DNA of 64,000 nt from the human T2T-CHM13v2.0 reference genome, Homo sapiens, in NCBI RefSeq assembly GCF_009914755.1, contig NC_060932.1; one strand, given 5' to 3'. The notes beneath the pieces are model-generated. The model searched no databases, was not told the DNA's origin, and was given only the letters and a program-made list of their open reading frames with translations. Shown here one piece after another: positions 57,617-64,000 of this stretch. The stretch's first letter is position 1. Each line of letters starts with the position of its first letter. The translations under genes and the position numbers were made by a program.

Positions 57617-60553
57617 TTAAGATGGTATTCGGTATTCGTGGTCACAAGGTCTTGTATGGGCTTTTCCTGAGGATTGTGGCCTCCAGGCACAGTGAAGGTG
57701 ATATTGTATCTCTAGTGCCCTGGAAACTCCCTGAGTTACCATGGCTTTAAAAGCCAGACCATTGTCACTTTGTAAGCTTTGGGGAAGCCCAAATCTAGGA
57801 ATTACTTCATGAATTAGGACTTTAACCACTTCTTGAGCCTTCTCTGTCTTGCAGGACAAGGCTTCATCCAATTTGCAAAGGTATCAACACAGACCAACAA
57901 GTATTGAAATCCCCTTGACTTAGGCATATGGGCGAAGTCTAACTGCCAGTCTTCTCCTAGATAGTGCCCTATTCTTTGTTCCCCCAGAGGGGCCTTATGA
58001 TGGACCAAGGGATTATTCCTTTGGCACACCTCACAGGCTTTGACTACTTGTTGGATGGTCTGAAGGAGATTTGGCCCTGTAAATAGGGATTTGGCCATTT
58101 GATGAGTGTTCTCAATACCCATATGAAAAGTTTGGTGGAGGGTCTTAAGTATTTTCCACTGGCTGGCTTCGGGCATGAGTACCTTTCCCTCTTCTGTTGT
58201 TAACCACCTGGAGGGGAGAAAACTATGCCCCCATGAAAGTCCTCATTCTGTTTCGGTTGGGGAATACTGGGGCTTAATCTCTTGGAGAGGGTTGTTCCAT
58301 ACCAAGGGTCCTTCCGTAGGTATTTCTAATGGGAGGTTCCACCTGGCAGCAATTTTGGCCTCAGTGTCTGCCTAATGGTTTTCTTCTGCCTTTTCTCCTT
58401 CACCTTTTGATGGCTTTGGCAGTGTAAGACTGCCACCTCTTTGGGTTTTTGCACTGCGTGCAATAACTCCATGATTTCCTTGTGGTATTTAATGGGGGTT
58501 CCCCTGGAGGTTAGGAACCCCCTTTCCATATTGCAGCATTGGGCATGTAGGATTAGATAAGCATACTTGTTATCTGTATACACATTTATTTTTTTTTCTT
58601 TCCCAGTTCTAAGGCTCAGGTAAGCACCACTAGTTCTGCTAACTGGGTGCAGGTCCCTGGGGAAAGAGGCTTACTTTCAAGTACTGTTACATCACTAACT
58701 ATGGTATAACCTGCCCTTCATATCCCATTCTCCACAAATGAACTTCCATTGGTATATAGGTTAAGGTCAGGATTAGCTAAGGGGACTTCTAAGAGATCAT
58801 CTCGGGCAGCATAAGTCTGGGCTACAATTTGTTGGCATTCATGCTCGATTGGTTCCCCATCCTCTGAGAGAAAAGTGGCAGGGTTCAGGGCCACACACAA
58901 GCGCCTGGTATCTAAGCAGGCAGTTGTCTGACAGCCATAAATTTCCTTTGGCACCTAGTATGCCATTTACATCATTAGTAGTCCAGACAGTGAGATCCTT
59001 TCTTTGTATTATTTTGATAGCCTCCGATACTAAGATGGCCACTGCTGCAACTACCCATAAACAGTAAGGCCAGCCTTTTGCCACTACATCAGTTTCCTTA
59101 CTTAGGTATGCCACTGGTTGTGGGGTTGTCCCACGAGTCTGAGTAAGGACTCCAAGAGCTATTCCTGCTCTCTCTGTGATGTATAAAGAGAAGTCTTGTC
59201 CTTTGGGAAGGCTTAAAGCTGGAGCTTGTACTAGGGCCTGCTTTAAGGTTTTGGAGGCTGTTTCTGCCTCTGGTTCCCATTCTACTAGATTAGTGTTTGC
59301 CCTCTGGGTCTCCTTGATTAGAGCATAGAGTGGCCTGGCCATCTCGCTGTATCTGGGGATCCATAGTCGGCAAAAGCTGGTGATCCCAAGGAACCCCCAC
59401 AACTGTTTTAATGTCTTAGGGCAAGGACAAGCCAGTATAGGCTGTATTCATTCTTTGCTTAGAGCCCTGGTTCCTCTGGCTAAGATTAGGCCTAGATATT
59501 TGACTTGTAGGCAGAGCTGGGCCTTCAGTTTAGATGCCATGTACCCTTGATTAGCTAGAAAGTTCAAGAGAGCTAGAGTAGCCTGCTGGCATGAGGCTTT
59601 TGAACTGGTAACCATAAGTAAATCATCCACATACTGAAGGACCAGAGTGCCTGTACTTGAGAAGTGGCCTAGATCTTGGGCCAGTGCCTGACCAAACAGA
59701 TGAAGGCTATCCCTAAACCCTTGAGGCAAGACCATCCACGAAAGTTGGGACGTGTGGTCTGTGGGATCCTCAAAGGCAAAGAGAACCTTGGAGTCAGAGT
59801 GCAGGAGAATGCAGAGGAAGGCATCCTTGAGGTCCAGAACAATGAACCATTCTGCTTCCTCTGGTATTTGAGAGAGCAGGGTATAGGGGTTGGGTATAGC
59901 TGGATATAGAGGAATTACTGCCTCACTGATGAGTCTAAAATCTTGTACTAGTCTCCACTGAACGTTCGGTTTTTGTACTCCTGGAATTGGGGTGTTGCAG
60001 GGACTGCTGCATTTTCTTACTAAGCCTTGAACTTTTAAATGTCTAAAAATATCATGTAATCCTTTATGAGCTTCAGGCCTTAAGGGATATTGCCTTTGAT
60101 AAGGAAAAGTGGTGGGGTCTTTAACCTGATTTGGACTGGGCAGGCATTTTTTGCCCTTCCGAATTGTCCTTTCAATGCCCAGACTTCAGGGTTGATTCCC
60201 TCCTCAAGTAGGGGACAACAAATGGGTAACTTGTTCCCCATATTTATAGAGATAATATCTCTAGCTTTGGCTAATATGTCCCTCCCTAATAAGGGTGTGG
60301 AACTTTCAGGCACAACAAGAAAGGTGTGTGAAAAGAGCAAAGTCTCCCAATTACAACTGAGAAGGTGGGAAAAATAGCTGGTTACAGGCTGTCCCAGGAT
60401 TCCTTGGATGGTAACAGACCTTGAGGACAGCCATCTGGGGTAGGAGATTAACACTGAGAAGTCTGCACCAGTGTCCAGGAGGAAGTCAATTTCCTGGCCC
60501 TCAATGGTTAAACTTACCTGGGGCTCAGTCAGGGTGATGACATGAGCTGTCAC
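57617..60553 (-). pseudogene. ERV9 pro-pol remnant
   Basis: Fragmented ORFs with protease, RT, RNase H and integrase motifs; the IN C-terminus appears deleted near 57660. Confidence 0.88.
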
Positions 60554-60568
60554 TTGCCCTGGGCACCC

Positions 60569-61720
60569 TCAGTCCTGTTGTTGGATCATCCGGTTGGGGG
60601 CTTCTGGCCCAGAGAACCTTTGTCCTCTGGGGCAGTGTGCCTTCCAGTGATTGCCTTGGCATAGTGGACATGGGTGAGGGGGCAGCTTGTTTCTTGTTGG
60701 ACAATCTTTTTTAAAGTGTCCTTGCAAAGCACACTGATAACAAGCCCTACTGGGTGATTGGCCTGCTCTGTTTTCTGTCTTCTCTGAACCACCAAGGTTT
60801 GTTTGTGTGAGGGACATGACTAAGGCTGCGGCCTTTCTCTTATCTCACTTTTCCTTTTTGGCCTGTTCCTCTTGGTCCCTATTGTAGAACACCAAGGTTG
60901 CCAGGTTTAATTATGCCTCCAAATTTTGTTCAGGGCCCAGGGATAGCTTTTGGAGCTTTTTCCTGATATCTGCGGCTGATTGGGTAATAAACTTATCTTT
61001 TAGAATCAATTGACCCTCGAGGGAGTCAGGTGACAGGGGAGTATATTTTCTTAAGGCCTCCTGTAGCCGCTCAAGGAAGGCAGTAGGATTTTCTACCTTT
61101 TCCTGAGTTATGGTGGACATCATTGAATAATTCATGGGCTTTTTCCTAATTCTCCTTAGTCCTTCTGGAAGACAGGTCAACGGATGTTTGCGACTCCAGT
61201 CCCCATGATCTGAGTCTAGGTCCCAGTGGAGATCCATACTGGGGACGGCTTGTTGACCGGTAGGGATTTGTCCCTTTCTTTGGCTGTCATTCTGTCATTT
61301 ACTTGACTAAGATACCATTTACTTGACTAAGATACCAAACTCTCAGGCTGCAGCTAAAGCCGCATTCTTTTCATTAAAGGGCAGGGTTTGATCTAACAAT
61401 AGCATGACATCTCTCTAAGTGAGGTCGAAGGTTTGCCCTAGACCCTGTAGGACATCTATATACCTATCAGTATCATCTGAAAACTTCCCCAGGTCTACCT
61501 TGATCTGCTTTAAATCAGAGAGGGAGAAGGGGATATATACCCAGGTTGGGCCAAATTCCCCTCCCCCTACAGCTTGAAGGGGACATAACCGATAGCCCGG
61601 GGGTTTTATGGTCCCTTGGAGATTTCTTTGCTTGTTTCCTTCTGAGTGGGGGAGATTAGAGGAGGCTTATCATTAACAGGAAGAGGAGCTGGAGCTAGGC
61701 TAGGATATGGAGGTAAGCTC
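60569..61720 (-). pseudogene. ERV9 gag remnant (5' part missing)
   Basis: ENPTAFLERL (MHR-like), FITQSAADIRKKL, CCHC knuckles; TGA stop in frame with pro. Confidence 0.85.
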
Positions 61721-62225
61721 ATGTTTCCAATACCAAGAATGTTCTTGTTGTATCAAGTTGCTTTTTTTTTTAATGACCACCTGCCCTTGTTTTATAGATT
61801 CAGTGGTATCTTCTTCCTGTATAGTTATATTCTTTCCCTAGTTCCTCTTCTTTTATCATCTCCCATTCTCTAAGAAGAAGAAATAATTTTCCCCTGTTTT
61901 CCCACTCACCTAGTGTCTTGTAGTTATTTGTTTATACCTTGCCTCCCTTGTTCTTCTGTGAGCTTCCTATGAATAGCATCATATTTTTCCACTTTTGCAT
62001 CACAGCACATAGCACAATGCCTCACATACCTAAGATGCTCAATAGGATTGTTAAGTTGAATATTGCATTGCTTCTTAATACTGAGGAGCAGATACTGAAA
62101 GGGACCAGGAGTCTTTTGGAGGAGGTGGAAATGTTCTAAAATTGGAATGTGGTGATGCTTACACAACTGTAAATTTACTGCAAATCATTGAATTGTCATA
62201 CTACATGAATTTAATGCTATGTAAT

Positions 62226-62660
62226 TGTCTTAGTCCATTTTCTGTTGCTTACAACAGGATATCTGAAACTGGGTAATTTATAAAGAAAAGGAATTTATTT
62301 CTTGCAGTTATGGAGGCTGAGAATTCCAAGGTTGAGGGGTTGCATCTGGTGAGGGCATTTTTGCTGGTAGGGACTCTCTGCAGAGTCTCAAGGTAGCACA
62401 GGGCATCATATGGTGAGGGGGCTCAGTGTGCTAGCTCAGGCCTCACTTCCACTTCTTATAAAGCCACTAGTCCCAATCCCATGATAACCCATTAACTCAT
62501 TAACCCATTAGCCTATGGATGAATTAATCCATCCATGAAGGTGGAGCCCTCATGACCCAATCACTTCTTAAAGGCCCACCTCTCAATTTTAATTTAATGC
62601 CACAATGGGGATTAAATTTCAACATGAGCTTCAGAGGAGACAAACGTTCAAACCATAGCA
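62226..62660 (-). mobile_element. MST-type MaLR LTR
   Basis: tgtcttagtccatttt...ctgggtaatttataaagaaaag...ttcaaaccatagca. Confidence 0.78.
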
Positions 62661-62876
62661 GTAATTATACCTTAACAAAGCTGTTTAAAAAACCAACAAC
62701 TGTTGGCAAAGGTATGGGAAAACCATTGCTGACATTGAAAAGTTGAGCAAGGCCACAGATATTAGGTATATGTCTCCATATAGTTGGTCCAGAGCTGACC
62801 ACTGTTACCTGCAAGAGGGTGTCTGATAAAAGGTATACTTGACTATTATCAGAAATAAAGCTCCCAGGATGGGGAT

Positions 62877-62992
62877 ATTTGTTCTGTTACTCAGGGCTGG
62901 TAATTTTAACTGGCTTGCCACTTCAACTGGAATTCATCTGGGATTGGCAAGCCAGTTAAAATTACTTTCCAGACCTGAGTAATAGAACAAAT
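62877..62992. repeat. Imperfect inverted repeat (about 44-bp arms, 24-nt loop)
   Basis: 62877-62920 matches the reverse complement of 62945-62992 with 2 mismatches and a 4-nt bulge. Confidence 0.85.
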
Positions 62993-63030
62993 GCATTCGT
63001 ACACATAAATACATTTGTTCTGTTACTCAG

Positions 63031-63413
63031 TGTATTTATTTACTGAGGCTGCTGTAACAGCAAACAGAGACTGGATGGCAACAATGGAAATGTTTTCTCT
63101 CACAGCTCTGGAGGCTGGAAGTCCAAGATCAAGATGTCAGCAGGGTTGGTTCCTTCTGAGGCCTCTCTCCTTGGCTTGTTAACAGTGTTCTCCCTGTGTC
63201 CTCACATGGTTGACTCTCTGTGTGTGTCTGTGTCCTAATCGCCTTATAAGGGCACCAGTCCTATTGTTGGATTAGAGCCCACCTGTATGATCTTATTTAA
63301 CTCAATTACCTCTTAAAGACCCACTCTCCAAATACAGTCACATCCTGAGGTATTGGAAGTTAGAACTTCAATGTATGTATTTGGGATGGGGGTATACAAC
63401 CCAGCCTTAACAC
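63031..63413 (-). mobile_element. MLT1-type MaLR LTR
   Basis: cacagctctggaggctggaagtccaagatcaag...cacatcctgaggtattgg. Confidence 0.75.
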
Positions 63414-63415
63414 AG

Positions 63416-63801
63416 TGATATGGTTTGAATTTGTGTCCCCACCCAAATCTCCTGTCCAGTTGTAATCCCTAATGTTGGAGGAGGGGGTTGGTGGGAGGTG
63501 ATTGGATCATGGGGGTGGATTTCCTCCTTGCTGTTCTCGTGATGTTGAGTGAGTTCTCATGAGATCTAGTTGTTTATAAAAGTGTGTAGCACTTACCTCT
63601 TCTCTCTCTTCCTCCTGCTCCAACCATGTAACACGTGCCTTGCTTCCCCTTCACCCTCCGCCATGATTGTGAGTTCCCTGAGGCCTCCCCAGCTATGCTT
63701 CCTCTACAGCCTGCAGAACCATGAGCCAATTAAATCTCTTTTCTTTATAAATTACCCGATCTGAGGTACGTCTTTATAGCAGTGTGAGAACAGACTAATA
63801 C
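63416..63801 (+). mobile_element. MSTA-like MaLR LTR
   Basis: tgatatggtttgaatttgtgtccccacccaaatctc...cagactaataca. Confidence 0.82.
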
Positions 63802-64000
63802 AGGAAACTTTTTAAAGGTTAGAAGATGACATTAAGATAAAATAGAAACTAGAGAGGCAGAATCGAAACCACAAAAAACATATTCCATTCTTTTTGAAGA
63901 AGGTGAACTCATGAAAAAGTTCTTTGAGACCATGCCTGGTGCACACGAGGACAGTAATGGCCGCGTGCCCACTCTCGGTTCTGACCGTTATATAGTAAAG

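Larger units (their letters stand above)
56225..61720 (-). mobile_element. HERV9/ERV9 internal region (gag-pro-pol-env), degenerate and 5'-truncated
   Basis: Gag Zn knuckles CYQCALQGHFKKDC and CPLCQGNHWKAHC, protease LLDTGA, RT YVDDLL, RNase H YTD, IN HQTFH..CEVC and RFGLP, env TM LQNR*GLDLL..CTFLGEECC; many stops and frameshifts. Confidence 0.93.

Overview
Human (or very closely related primate) genomic DNA, recognisable from its proteins as the chromosome 8p21 PTK2B-CHRNA2-EPHX2 locus. On the + strand, 1-22.7 kb holds the 3' half of PTK2B (PYK2): 16 coding exons covering the kinase C-lobe, proline-rich region and FAT domain. On the - strand, 23.1-42.6 kb holds the complete CHRNA2 gene, whose six coding exons sum to 1590 nt (529 aa plus stop); it ends tail-to-tail with PTK2B. 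The EPHX2 GC-box promoter and first coding exon lie on the + strand at about 54.4-54.7 kb. EPHX2 intron 1 carries a 5'-truncated, degenerate antisense ERV9/LTR12 provirus. The rest is typical primate intronic or intergenic DNA with Alu, L1, MaLR, MER and Tigger1 relics; repeat family names are from recalled consensus sequences, not a database search. There is no CRISPR array, RNA gene or prokaryotic-type system, and I cannot support a claim of a wholly new biological system. The most interesting unexplained observations are: (1) a 97-bp, 95/97-identical direct repeat bracketing CHRNA2 exon 1; (2) signs that the Pro-rich N-terminal extension of human alpha2 is exonised intron after an AG>GG acceptor loss; (3) apparent loss of the rodent PRNK start codon; (4) two LTR insertions at nearly the same Alu position; (5) an LTR12 promoter pointing antisense into EPHX2 and sense toward CHRNA2; (6) a three-arm inverted repeat near 62.9 kb.
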